This document shows positions 7,496 to 17,091 of a DNA stretch of 41,954 nucleotides, one piece after another; the first letter of the stretch is position 1, and every line of letters starts with the position of its first letter. Location of the stretch: contig JACMJP010000192.1 in assembly GCA_014380545.1 (NCBI GenBank), positions 1 to 41,954 of the forward strand, written 5' to 3'. The notes beneath the pieces were generated by a model that did no database searches, was not told the origin of the DNA, and worked only from the letters and a program-made list of their open reading frames with translations. This DNA is from Chitinophagales bacterium. GTDB lineage: Bacteria; Bacteroidota; Bacteroidia; Chitinophagales; BACL12. Both the position numbers and the translations under genes were made by a program.

Positions 7496-8323
7496 ATGTC
7501 ATTCTTCGATCGCCTCTCTAACGGATGGAAACTTTCTATGAGCAGTTTCTCTGTACTCAAAAAAAATAAACAGCTTATTATTTTCCCTATTTTATCGGGA
7601 GCAGCATTAATTCTTATCATGGCAACTTTTGCCATCGGTGCGCTTGGTGCTAACGGCTGGGATTTCGATAATATACAGGAGACATCAAGTGTAACCACCT
7701 ATGCGCTTATGTTCATTTACTATGTAGTGAATTATTTCATCATCATATTTTTTAACATGGCACTAACGCATTGCACAAGATTGTATTTTCAGGGTGAAGA
7801 ACCTACAATAGGAAAAGGAATAAATTTCAGCATGAGCCGCTTAGGTGCAATTTTTTCATGGGCTGTTTTTGCAGCCACTGTAGGAACAATATTAAGAGCA
7901 ATACAGGAAAATTCAGGTCTTGTTGGAAAAATAATAACAGGTATAATCGGCATTGTATGGAGCATTGCAACATTCTTTGTAGTTCCGGTTATTGCTTATG
8001 AAGACCTCGGGCCCATTGCAGCCTTTAAGCGTTCGGGTCAACTGATGAAACAAAAATGGGGAGAAAGCCTTGGAGCAACTTTTAGTTTCGGTATCATACA
8101 GTTTCTTGCAGTTATACTTGTAGGTGCGCCGCTGTTTTTTATCGGTTCTTTATTTCATATCCTTGCGGGAATTATACTTGCGGTATTAGGCGTTTTCCTG
8201 GTAATTTCAGTAATGAGTGCCGCACATACTATTTTCATTAGTGCCGTATATCATAATATTACAGATCAACCGGTGAAAGATTTTGAAAACGAAACATTAG
8301 ACGGCCTGTTTATTCAGAAATGA
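7496..8323 (+). CDS. DUF6159-like polytopic membrane protein
   Basis: 275 aa. N-terminal 'MSFFDRLSNGWKLSMSSFSVLKKNKQLIIFPILSG' followed by multiple hydrophobic segments. Confidence 0.55.
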   Translation: MSFFDRLSNGWKLSMSSFSVLKKNKQLIIFPILSGAALILIMATFAIGALGANGWDFDNIQETSSVTTYALMFIYYVVNYFIIIFFNMALTHCTRLYFQGEEPTIGKGINFSMSRLGAIFSWAVFAATVGTILRAIQENSGLVGKIITGIIGIVWSIATFFVVPVIAYEDLGPIAAFKRSGQLMKQKWGESLGATFSFGIIQFLAVILVGAPLFFIGSLFHILAGIILAVLGVFLVISVMSAAHTIFISAVYHNITDQPVKDFENETLDGLFIQK

Positions 8324-8348
8324 TTTAGGGTTTTCTTTGTGTGGATTC

Positions 8349-8378
8349 TTTGTGTAAAAGCAAAATCTTCTATCTTTG
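8349..8378 (+). promoter_or_regulatory. Candidate Bacteroidota promoter (TTTG -33, TATCTTTG -7) for rpmH
   Basis: TTTG at 8349-8352 and TAnnTTTG at 8371-8378 with 18 nt between them, about 40 nt upstream of the rpmH ATG. Confidence 0.4.
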
Positions 8379-8419
8379 CGCTCCCACATCAAAATGGATG
8401 TGGATTTAAATAGTAAGTG

Positions 8420-8590
8420 ATGAAAAGGACATTTCAACCATCAAAGCGGAAAAGAGTGAACAAACATGGTTTCCGCAAACGCATGAGAAGCAAAGACGGA
8501 AGGGCAGTATTAAGAAACCGCCGCCGCAAAGGACGTAAAAAATTATCCGTGTCTGATGAAAGAACCATCAGGCAATTTAACCTGAGATAG
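8420..8590 (+). CDS. rpmH: 50S ribosomal protein L34
   Basis: Not in the ORF track because it is under 60 aa. Translation is [47 protein letters not shown]..., a canonical L34. It lies immediately upstream of rnpA, as in most bacteria. Confidence 0.9.
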   Translation: MKRTFQPSKRKRVNKHGFRKRMRSKDGRAVLRNRRRKGRKKLSVSDERTIRQFNLR

Positions 8591-8632
8591 GTCGGATGAA
8601 AGCATTTAAGCATGCTCAAAACGAATAATCAG

Positions 8633-9040
8633 ATGGAAGCATCTGACCTGCACAGATCAACTTTTTCAAAAGCTGAAAGGCTTTCAAGTAAAAAAATAAT
8701 TGCCTCGCTTTTTGAAGCGGGGCAAAGTTTTTTAATCGCCCCCCTAAGGGTTATTCATCAAAGAACTGTATCAAATTCTACTTGCCCGGTTCAGGTGGCA
8801 ATTACCGTTTCTAAAAAAAAATTCCCCAAAGCCGTTGACAGAAATAGAATTAAAAGACTCATCCGTGAAGCATATCGAATTAACAAACATGAGTTATACA
8901 AGCATCTCACGGGCAACAATATTTCCATTGCCGTCATCATTATTTATACTTCACACTCAATAACAACATTTAACGCAATGGAAAATAAAATCAAATTAGT
9001 TTTAATGCGTTTAATGCAGGAGTATGATGTGGTTGCGTAA
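8633..9040 (+). CDS. rnpA: Ribonuclease P protein component
   Basis: '[12 protein letters not shown]' N-terminus and '[17 protein letters not shown]' RNR motif. The ORF is open from 8612, so the start is uncertain. Confidence 0.8.
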   Translation: MEASDLHRSTFSKAERLSSKKIIASLFEAGQSFLIAPLRVIHQRTVSNSTCPVQVAITVSKKKFPKAVDRNRIKRLIREAYRINKHELYKHLTGNNISIAVIIIYTSHSITTFNAMENKIKLVLMRLMQEYDVVA

Positions 9041-9254
9041 GGCAGTAAGTTGGCTGGTGATAAAACTTGTGCGTTTGTACCAGTTAATTATTTCGCCAAT
9101 ATTACCTAACAGTTGCCGCTACACACCAAGTTGTTCTCAATATATGATTGAAGCAATTAAAAAATACGGACCCATAAAGGGCGGATGGATGGGAGTTAAA
9201 AGAATTTCAAGGTGCCATCCCTGGGGTGGACACGGACATGATCCGGTGCCATGA
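9024..9254 (+). CDS. yidD: Membrane protein insertion efficiency factor YidD
   Basis: '[25 protein letters not shown]...G.KRI.RCHPW...G.DPVP' is the YidD signature. Overlaps the rnpA end. Confidence 0.85.
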   Translation: MMWLRKAVSWLVIKLVRLYQLIISPILPNSCRYTPSCSQYMIEAIKKYGPIKGGWMGVKRISRCHPWGGHGHDPVP

Positions 9255-9323
9255 GAAATATTAAAACCTGAAAGGGTTGAAAACCCGTTCGCTGGTTTTA
9301 AGAAATAACAAAATTAAATTTTA

Positions 9324-11024
9324 ATGAAAATGTTTTCTATGAAAAAAATAAATAATTATCTGCAGACATTAAAAGGAAAAATAATTCTTGGAATTAGTAT
9401 TACCTCAATTTCAATTGTATTAACCTCAGCCGTTACAAGATCTGATCTGTTTGAGATCGGAAAAAATATTGACATTTTCACTTCTGTATATAAAGAACTC
9501 AATACATATTATGTTGATGAAATAGATCCAAATAAAATGATGCGCACAGGTATTGATGCAATGCTTGAAACATGCGATCCATATACAAATTATATTTCAG
9601 AAGCAGAGATTGAAGGATATAAATTTCAGATAACCGGAAATTACGGAGGCATTGGTGCGGTAATTCGTCCGGTTGACGGAGATGTAACTGTTATTTCAAC
9701 ATATGATGGTTTTCCTGCAGATAAAGCAGGTTTGGAAGCCGGTGACATTATAGTGGAGATAGATGGAAAGAAGGCAAGCGGCAGAAATAGTGATGAAGTG
9801 AGTGAAATATTACGGGGTTCACCGGGAACAAATGTTATTATTAAATACAAAAAACCATTTGAAGAAAAAATTTACGAATTAGCAATTGCAAGAGAAGAAA
9901 TTAAAATTGATAATGTTCCATACTTCGGAATGGTAAATAATAATATCGGTTATATCATTCTCACACAATTCACTGAAAACTCAGGGCGTAATGTTGCAAA
10001 TGCATATAATGAACTGAAAGAAAAAAACCCGGGCCTGAAAGGAATTATTCTTGACCTGAGAGGCAATCCCGGAGGATTATTAAATGAAGCAGTTAATGTA
10101 AGTAATGTATTTATTGAGAAGGGAAAAGAAATATGCAGCACAAAAGGAAGGGTTGCGGAATGGGATAAATCATTTACAGCAATAAATGCCGCAATAGATA
10201 CACAGGTTCCGCTGGTTGTTTTAACCAATAGCCGCAGTGCAAGCGCAAGCGAAATTGTAAGTGGCGTTGTGCAGGATTATGATCGTGGTGTTATTGTAGG
10301 GCAAAAAACTTATGGAAAGGGATTAGTGCAAACAACCAGGGATATTTCTTATAACACGAAATTAAAATTAACAACTGCAAAATATTATATACCAAGCGGA
10401 AGGTGTATTCAGGCGCTTGATTATTCACACAGAAATGAAGATGGCAGTGTAGGGAAAATTCCTGATTCTTTAAAAACAGCCTTTAAAACAAGCTCTGGAA
10501 GAACAGTGTATGATGGCGGTGGTGTTGATCCTGATATAACTGTTGAAACAGAAAACTATAAAGACATTACAATAAGCCTTCTTGCAAAGAATTTAATTTT
10601 TGGTTATTCAACAAAATATAAATATGATCATGCAACAATTGCAGATGCCAAAACATTTTCCTTAACCGATGTCGAGTATGAAACTTTTATAAAATGGCTC
10701 GCCGGTAAAGATTATGATTATACAACTGAAACAGAAAAGTTATTGAATGATCTTGAAGCAAAAGCAAAAGAAGATGCTTATTATGAAGCATTGAAAACAG
10801 ATATTGAAGACCTTCGTAAGGGTATGGGGCATGATAAAGAAAAAGACCTTTATAAATTTAAAGATGAAATACTCTTTGAACTAAACAAAGAAATTGTTTC
10901 CCGGTATTATAATGAAGACGGAATTATAGAAGTTGGGTTTAAAACCGATCCTGATGTTTTAGAAGCAGTTAAAATCTTAAGTGATCCTGTTGCTTATAAT
11001 GCATTACTGAAGCCAAATAAATAA
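9324..11024 (+). CDS. S41-family carboxy-terminal processing peptidase with PDZ domain
   Basis: 566 aa. PDZ 'GFPADKAGLEAGDIIVEIDGK', 'LDLRGNPGGLL' and 'LTNSRSASASEIVSG..QD' match the S41 catalytic Ser region, and 'GKGLVQ' matches the Lys region. Confidence 0.85.
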   Translation: MKMFSMKKINNYLQTLKGKIILGISITSISIVLTSAVTRSDLFEIGKNIDIFTSVYKELNTYYVDEIDPNKMMRTGIDAMLETCDPYTNYISEAEIEGYKFQITGNYGGIGAVIRPVDGDVTVISTYDGFPADKAGLEAGDIIVEIDGKKASGRNSDEVSEILRGSPGTNVIIKYKKPFEEKIYELAIAREEIKIDNVPYFGMVNNNIGYIILTQFTENSGRNVANAYNELKEKNPGLKGIILDLRGNPGGLLNEAVNVSNVFIEKGKEICSTKGRVAEWDKSFTAINAAIDTQVPLVVLTNSRSASASEIVSGVVQDYDRGVIVGQKTYGKGLVQTTRDISYNTKLKLTTAKYYIPSGRCIQALDYSHRNEDGSVGKIPDSLKTAFKTSSGRTVYDGGGVDPDITVETENYKDITISLLAKNLIFGYSTKYKYDHATIADAKTFSLTDVEYETFIKWLAGKDYDYTTETEKLLNDLEAKAKEDAYYEALKTDIEDLRKGMGHDKEKDLYKFKDEILFELNKEIVSRYYNEDGIIEVGFKTDPDVLEAVKILSDPVAYNALLKPNK

Positions 11025-11040
11025 TGTATTCTTTTCAAAA

Positions 11041-11080
11041 GAAACCTCCGGTGAAGAATACTCCCGGAGGTTTCTTTTTT
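11041..11080 (+). terminator. Rho-independent terminator after the S41 peptidase gene
   Basis: GAAACCTCCGG (11041-11051) pairs with CCGGAGGTTTC (11064-11074), followed by TTTTTT. Confidence 0.7.
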
Positions 11081-11109
11081 ATATATAATTTTGCACTCAA
11101 TACTTTGAC

Positions 11110-12795
11110 ATGAATAATAAATATTTTTTTATATTCTTTTTATTTTTAACTTCTTCAATTGTTTTTTCACAATCTGCAGTTGAAGAAAAACTAAAAGCAC
11201 ATGTTACCTATTTAGCTGATGATAAACTGGAAGGAAGGGCAACCGGTAGTGCAGGAGAAAAATTAGCCGCAAGATATATTGTAAGCAATTTTATGGCTGA
11301 AGGAATTAAGCCTGCAAATATTGAAGGAAAAAATTATTTGGAAGAGTTTACTTTAAATGCGGGAAGGGAAGCAGGAAAAAATAATTTTATTGAGCTTACA
11401 GGTGTTGTTCCAAATGAACGGTTCGATTTTTTTAAAGATTATAACGGAACACTCATTTATCCCCTGGATTTTTCAGGTAATGGTGCGGTAAACGGTGAAT
11501 ATATTTTCTGTGGCTACGGTATCACAGCACCGGAGTTAAATTATGATGATTATAAAAGCAAAAATGTAAAAGGAAAAATTGCAGTTATAAAAGTTTCAAC
11601 TCCTGAAGGTGGTAATCCGCATTCTTCCTATTTTAAATATATTGATGAGCGGGATAAAGTAAAAACAGCAATTTCCAATGGAGCTATTGCAGTAGTTTTT
11701 ATAAATGAAGATGTTGATTATCCTGAGCTTGAAAAAGATTTTTCTCATAATATTACACCTGTTGAAATTCCTGTAATTTATTATGCAAAATCTTTTGTTC
11801 CACAATTTAATAAAGTGGTGAGTATTAAAATTTCTGTTGAGTTAAATCAAATAACGAAAATAGGATATAACATCCTAGCATATATTGATAATGCAGCAAA
11901 ATACACAATTGTAGTTGGCGGACATTATGACCATCTCGGTTATGGAGAAACGGGAGGATCATTATACCGTGGTGAACCGGTTATTCATAATGGTGCTGAT
12001 GACAATGCAAGCGGAGTTGCTTTAATTATGGAGCTTGCAAAAGAAATAAATGCTTCTAATTTTAAAAACAATAATTATTTATTTATTGCATTCAGTGGGG
12101 AAGAAATGGGTTTATACGGATCAAAAGCATTTACTAATTCTGAATTAGCAAAAAAATACGATATCAATTACATGTTGAATTACGATATGGTAGGAAGATT
12201 AGATAGTAATAAAACTTTAATTATAAATGGTGTTGGAACCTCACCATCCTGGCATGTTTTGAATAGTATAAAAGTTGATGACATAAAAATTAAAACAACT
12301 GAATCAGGAGTTGGTCCAAGCGATCAAACATCATTTTATTTAAAGGATATTCCCGTGCTGCATTTTTTTACAGGTTCTCATAGCGATTATCATAAACCCG
12401 GAGACGATGCAGAAAAAATAAATTATTCCGGTATTGAAAGTATACTGGAATTTTCTTATGCCCTGATAGATTCTTTAAATAATAAAGGGGAAATTGTTTT
12501 TACAAAAACAAAAGAGGATAATAATGATAACGCTCCTAAATTCACTGTTACACTGGGTGTAATTCCGGATTATACTTTTGAGGGGTCGGGAATGCGTATT
12601 GATGCTGTGAGCGATGGGAAGCCTGCCTTTAAAGCCGGATTACTTGCAGGCGATGTTGTAATTAAATTAGGGGAACATGATGTAGTTGATTTGATGAGCT
12701 ACATGAAGGCCCTCAGTAAATTTAATAAAGGTGATGCAACAACAGTTATTATTAACAGAAATAATTCAGCACAAACTTTCCCTATACAATTTTAA
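11110..12795 (+). CDS. M28-family metallopeptidase with PA and C-terminal PDZ domains
   Basis: Signal peptide. 'GGHYDHLG', 'NGADDNASG' and 'FSGEEMGLYGS' are M28 zinc-ligand motifs. C-terminal PDZ-like 'KPAFKAGLLAGDVVIKLG'. Confidence 0.8.
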   Translation: MNNKYFFIFFLFLTSSIVFSQSAVEEKLKAHVTYLADDKLEGRATGSAGEKLAARYIVSNFMAEGIKPANIEGKNYLEEFTLNAGREAGKNNFIELTGVVPNERFDFFKDYNGTLIYPLDFSGNGAVNGEYIFCGYGITAPELNYDDYKSKNVKGKIAVIKVSTPEGGNPHSSYFKYIDERDKVKTAISNGAIAVVFINEDVDYPELEKDFSHNITPVEIPVIYYAKSFVPQFNKVVSIKISVELNQITKIGYNILAYIDNAAKYTIVVGGHYDHLGYGETGGSLYRGEPVIHNGADDNASGVALIMELAKEINASNFKNNNYLFIAFSGEEMGLYGSKAFTNSELAKKYDINYMLNYDMVGRLDSNKTLIINGVGTSPSWHVLNSIKVDDIKIKTTESGVGPSDQTSFYLKDIPVLHFFTGSHSDYHKPGDDAEKINYSGIESILEFSYALIDSLNNKGEIVFTKTKEDNNDNAPKFTVTLGVIPDYTFEGSGMRIDAVSDGKPAFKAGLLAGDVVIKLGEHDVVDLMSYMKALSKFNKGDATTVIINRNNSAQTFPIQF

Positions 12796-13467
12796 TTGTC
12801 TTATATTTTACATATAGAAACCTCTGAGCCGATATGTAGTGTTGCACTAAGTCATAACAGTATATTATTACATGAAATAAATAGTGATAAAGAAAATACA
12901 CATGCAGCCCATCTTACAGTTTTAATTCAGCAATTATTAGAACTCTGTCAAATTAAAATAAAACAGCTCAATGCTGTTGCTGTGAGTGCAGGGCCCGGGT
13001 CTTATACAGGTTTACGCATTGGTGTTTCTACTGCAAAAGGAATTTGTCATGCTTTGAATATTCCTTTAATTAGCATAAATACATTGCAGGCTATGGCTAA
13101 CGGAATAATAAAATCGTCTGAGAATAATTTATACTGCCCCATGATTGACGCAAGAAGAATAGAAGTGTATTGCGCATTATTTGATGCTAACTTAATTACA
13201 ATTTTAAAAGAGGATGCAAGAGTAATCGATAAAAATATTTTTGAAGATGCCTTAAATTCAAAAACTATTTTATTTTTCGGGAGCGGTGCAGAAAAATGTA
13301 AAAGCATTATTCTACATAATAGCGCAATATTTTTAAATGATTATTTGCATACTGCAAAAAATATGGTAACCATAGCACATAGTAATTTTATAAAAAATCA
13401 ATTTGTGGACCTGGCTTATTTTGAACCGAATTACCTTAAAAATTTTTATACAAGACAGACTGTCTAG
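12796..13467 (+). CDS. tsaB: tRNA t6A37 biosynthesis protein TsaB
   Basis: 'ILHIETSEPICSVAL' and 'VSAGPGSYTGLRIGVSTAKG' are the TsaB/YeaZ signature. Apparent TTG start directly after the upstream stop. Confidence 0.8.
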   Translation: MSYILHIETSEPICSVALSHNSILLHEINSDKENTHAAHLTVLIQQLLELCQIKIKQLNAVAVSAGPGSYTGLRIGVSTAKGICHALNIPLISINTLQAMANGIIKSSENNLYCPMIDARRIEVYCALFDANLITILKEDARVIDKNIFEDALNSKTILFFGSGAEKCKSIILHNSAIFLNDYLHTAKNMVTIAHSNFIKNQFVDLAYFEPNYLKNFYTRQTV

Positions 13468-13533
13468 TGTGTAAAAATTTGTTTTTTTCTAATATATGTT
13501 ATAGTTTTGAAAAGTCACCGGCAAACTAAATAC

Positions 13534-13875
13534 ATGCCCGCAAAAGCCAGTATACGTTTAGTGCATTCAGGCTTCTCGCCCGAAATAAAATTGGAATATA
13601 ATGTCTTGCGTAAATCTGTACTGATATTAAGATCAATAAATCACACATTGAGGCAGCAAATAATACAAATGTTGCTTGAAAAAGAAAAATTAACAGTAAC
13701 TGAAATATTTATTAAGATGCGCCTTGAACAATCTGTGGCTTCACAGCATCTTGCCATTTTAAAAAGATCCGGAGTTGTTACATCGGAAAGAGAAGGAAAG
13801 AATATTTATTATATGTTGAAGAAGGACAGATTGAGGGAAATTGGTAATATGATAATAGAATTATCTCATGCATAA
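13534..13875 (+). CDS. ArsR/SmtB-like winged-HTH transcriptional regulator (paralog 1)
   Basis: 'LRSINHTLRQQIIQML...LTVTEI...LEQSVASQHLAILKRSGVV...REGKNIYY'. The ORF is open from a TTG at 13507, and the ATG at 13534 is preferred. Confidence 0.7.
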   Translation: MPAKASIRLVHSGFSPEIKLEYNVLRKSVLILRSINHTLRQQIIQMLLEKEKLTVTEIFIKMRLEQSVASQHLAILKRSGVVTSEREGKNIYYMLKKDRLREIGNMIIELSHA

Positions 13876-14197
13876 AATAGCTAAAGGATCTGACATATAT
13901 ATTTTTGAAAATCTTTCTCAAAACAAATTAGAAAGAGCTTCAGAAATACTGCGAACAATAACGCACCCACTCAGGATGAAGATGATGGCTTATATTGACA
14001 AAAATAAAGAAGTACATGTGACTAAAATATTCAGTGCCTTAAATCTTGAACAATCTGTTGTATCGCAACATCTTAAAGTTTTAAGAAACAGCGGATATGT
14101 TATTGCGAAGCGGCAGGGTAAATTAATATATTACAGCCTTAATTATAAATTAATTTCAGATACTTTAATGCTGATCGAAAAATATAAAATTAAATAA
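13868..14197 (+). CDS. ArsR/SmtB-like winged-HTH transcriptional regulator (paralog 2)
   Basis: 'LRTITHPLRMKMMAYI...VHVTKI...LEQSVVSQHLKVLRNSGYV..KRQGKLIYY'. 8-nt overlap with paralog 1. Confidence 0.7.
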   Translation: MHKIAKGSDIYIFENLSQNKLERASEILRTITHPLRMKMMAYIDKNKEVHVTKIFSALNLEQSVVSQHLKVLRNSGYVIAKRQGKLIYYSLNYKLISDTLMLIEKYKIK

Positions 14198-14198
14198 A

Positions 14199-15209
14199 TT
14201 ACAAACCTGCTCTGGCAGAAATATCCAGCATTCTCTCTATTGGCAATCTTGCTTTTTCAAGTAACTCCTTTTCCATTATTATTTCAGGCAGTTCGTATAA
14301 CATGCTTATATATAATTTTTCAAGTGTATTTCTTTTCATATGCGGACAATCATTACATGCACATAAATTATCAGGGGGTGCAGGAATAAATGTTTTATGC
14401 GGCGACTTTATTTGCATCTGATGAATAATGCCTGTTTCAGTAGCTACTATATATTCATTTGCGCTGTCTTCTTGTGAATATTTTAATAATCCGGTTGTGC
14501 TACCTATAAAATCTGCAATATGTAAAACTGGTTCTTCACATTCAGGGTGCGCAATTACTTTTGCATTTGGATGGCGGTGTTTTAATTTGGTTATCTTCTC
14601 TAAAGAAAAAATTTCATGCACCATACAGCTTCCATTCCATAACACCATCTTTCTTCCTGTTTTCTTCTCAATATATCTTCCGAGATTTTTATCCGGTGCA
14701 AAAATTATAGGCGTATCGACAGAGACGCTCTCCACTACTTTAATTGCATTGCTACTTGTGCAGATAATATCGCTTAATGCCTTTATTTCTGCGGTGCAAT
14801 TGATATAAGAAATAACAACATGCCCCGGATTTTCTTCCTTAAACTTCTTAAATAAAGCAGGGGGGCAGGAATCTGCAAGTGAACAACCTGCTTTTGAATC
14901 AGGCATAATAACTTTTTTATGAGGATTTAAAATCTTCGCCGTTTCAGCCATGAAATGCACACCCGCAAAAACAATTATATCAGCGGGTGTTCTGACAGCA
15001 TTTTGAGCAAGCCCTAAACTATCACCGATATAATCTGCTACGTCCTGTATATCTGATTCCTGATAATAATGCGCAAGAATAACTGCATTCTTTTCTTTTT
15101 TTATCTTTTCTATTTCAGCAAACAGGTCCAAAGAGGGATCAGGCTCAGTATCAATAAATCCTTTTCGATCTAAAATTGAATAATCCACATTTTTATCCTC
15201 TATTATCAT
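14199..15209 (-). CDS. nadA: Quinolinate synthase
   Basis: 336 aa. 'ILAHYYQ..DIQD.AD.IGDSL', '[14 protein letters not shown]' and 'CSLADSC' are typical of NadA. Confidence 0.9.
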   Translation of the reverse strand: MIIEDKNVDYSILDRKGFIDTEPDPSLDLFAEIEKIKKEKNAVILAHYYQESDIQDVADYIGDSLGLAQNAVRTPADIIVFAGVHFMAETAKILNPHKKVIMPDSKAGCSLADSCPPALFKKFKEENPGHVVISYINCTAEIKALSDIICTSSNAIKVVESVSVDTPIIFAPDKNLGRYIEKKTGRKMVLWNGSCMVHEIFSLEKITKLKHRHPNAKVIAHPECEEPVLHIADFIGSTTGLLKYSQEDSANEYIVATETGIIHQMQIKSPHKTFIPAPPDNLCACNDCPHMKRNTLEKLYISMLYELPEIIMEKELLEKARLPIERMLDISARAGL

Positions 15210-15631
15210 GATGAATTAATTTTTATATAAATATAAAAGGTCGTAATGAGTACTGTTAGTTCGTTGACAATAATTCTTCCACATATTTGCTTTTTAAGTT
15301 ATCCATATTTTACAATGTGTTCCCAACATCAGCCTAACAACCTGTTTGTATATTGAATGAGCATTTAGCATCTAAATCAACATTCTGTTAATAGAAAAGT
15401 AACATGATAACTTATTTTCAGTTCACATTATGTCAACGTTCATCTGATGTTAATTTACTATGCGTTCCCAACAAAATTTTTTACTAACCAAAACAGTGTG
15501 TTGTAAAAAAAAATTTATAAAGATTTGTTGAACACTATTTCATCCTTTAAACACACATATTTTTATTTTATGTTGGGAAATTATTTAATCACAAAATTAT
15601 ATTCATAAATAAATATTCTGTATACTCCATT

Positions 15632-16207
15632 TTATTTCTCATAAAAATGCATTTCAGTTAAGTAATTCCAAACTTTATCAGGAATTAAATAGCGGACTGA
15701 TCTTTTTTCTTTTATTGTATTGCGGATGTAAGTTGAGGAGATATCCAGCATAGGAACATCAAACAATTGAATATTTCCTTTCAGGTTTTCAGGGATAGCT
15801 TCAATTCCTTTTCTTTTATACACATATATAACATGCTCAAGCAATATCTGCCCATAGTTTTTCCACTTATGAAAATTACTGAGATTGTCTGCTCCCATCA
15901 GCAAAACAAAATCATGATCCGGATATTTTTCCTTTAAGTATGTAAGTGTATCAATTGTATAACTTGGTTTTGGTAAATGAAATTCGATGTTACTGGCTTT
16001 CAGTTTAGAATTATCTTCAATTGCAAGGTTTACCATATAGAACCTGTGTTTTTCATCAAGCAGGGAATTTTTTTCCTTGAAAGGATTTTGGGGGGAGATG
16101 ATAAACCACACCTGCTGTACATTAGTATTTTCAGCAAAATAATTTGCAATTATCAGGTGCCCAATATGAAGAGGGTTGAATGAACCGAAAAATAATCCTA
16201 CTCTCAT
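15632..16207 (-). CDS. nadD: Nicotinate-nucleotide adenylyltransferase
   Basis: 'GLFFGSFNPLHIGHL' (the (H/T)xGH motif) and 'ISSTYIR' (the ISST motif). Confidence 0.9.
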   Translation of the reverse strand: MRVGLFFGSFNPLHIGHLIIANYFAENTNVQQVWFIISPQNPFKEKNSLLDEKHRFYMVNLAIEDNSKLKASNIEFHLPKPSYTIDTLTYLKEKYPDHDFVLLMGADNLSNFHKWKNYGQILLEHVIYVYKRKGIEAIPENLKGNIQLFDVPMLDISSTYIRNTIKEKRSVRYLIPDKVWNYLTEMHFYEK

Positions 16208-16213
16208 TACTAT

Positions 16214-16984
16214 TTATTTCTTTGGAGGCAACGGGAAAAATGAACTTGTTTTTCTTTTGTACTCCGCATATTTATCATTACCGTCATATCTTTTCTCCAG
16301 CAAGGTTACTCCTGAAACTTTTAATAATAAAAATGTGATAAGCAGCGGAGCTAAAATTGAAATATACCAATTGCTGGAACCGATTGAAATAATAAACATT
16401 CCCCACCACACACAGGTTTCTCCAAAATAATTCGGGTGCCTTGAATATTTCCACAATCCTTTATCCATTACAATTCCTTTATTCGCAGGTTTCCTTTTAA
16501 ATTTTAGCAATTGATAATCTGCAATTGTTTCAAACAAAAAACCGGTAAGCCAAATTAATACACCAATCCAATCAGTCAGGTGCAAGAATGGTCCGCTCTT
16601 ATACATTACCATTTGTATTGGTAACGATATAATGAACATTAATGCCGCCTGCAATAAAAAAACTTTGAAATAGCTTATCCACCAGGTGTTTATGCCCCAG
16701 TCTTTTCTCCATGCTGCATATCTTGGGTCTTCGGCATGTCCGTGATTCCTGTAAAAAATGTGTCCGGCAAGCCTTAAACCCCAGAGCGTAACCAAATAGC
16801 TCACTAAAAATCGTCTTGGCTCCATATCCAGCCCGCTAAAAAAGTGATAAAGCGTTACTCCAATAAATCCAAGCCCCCAAAATCCATCTACTATACTCAT
16901 CATTTTTGTAATGAGAGAAAATATCCAAACAATTGTCATCGTGATAACAATCAGTATTGCGGAGGTAATGAAGACTTGAGTCAT
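16214..16984 (-). CDS. DUF1295 / steroid 5-alpha-reductase-like membrane protein
   Basis: Polytopic 256-aa protein with 'GLW.YSRHPNYFGE...WWG', characteristic of DUF1295. Confidence 0.75.
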   Translation of the reverse strand: MTQVFITSAILIVITMTIVWIFSLITKMMSIVDGFWGLGFIGVTLYHFFSGLDMEPRRFLVSYLVTLWGLRLAGHIFYRNHGHAEDPRYAAWRKDWGINTWWISYFKVFLLQAALMFIISLPIQMVMYKSGPFLHLTDWIGVLIWLTGFLFETIADYQLLKFKRKPANKGIVMDKGLWKYSRHPNYFGETCVWWGMFIISIGSSNWYISILAPLLITFLLLKVSGVTLLEKRYDGNDKYAEYKRKTSSFFPLPPKK

Positions 16985-17091
16985 AAAATATATTTGCTAA
17001 AAATTGTTAAAATCAAAGATAGAAAAGTTGACAATGAACCAAACATTAAGTTAGATGTTCATACATATGAATTAAAAATAAACGAACAACT

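Noticed and set aside
8384-8403. A 7-bp hairpin (CCACATC-AAAATG-GATGTGG) in the rpmH leader could be an r-protein autoregulatory leader.
   Set aside because: It is too short and simple to distinguish from chance, and I know of no L34 leader of this form.
14197-14199. The convergent ArsR-like paralog 2 and nadA stop codons are 1 nt apart with no room for terminators.
   Set aside because: This is a real observation but unremarkable, since compact convergent gene ends are common. Nothing further can be inferred without transcript data.
14428-14808. A 126-aa plus-strand ORF inside nadA. Similar antisense ORFs lie inside crtI, the S41 peptidase, tsaB, mnmG, nadD and the T9SS genes.
   Set aside because: All lie fully within strongly supported genes on the opposite strand and have no recognisable motifs. 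They are shadow ORFs.
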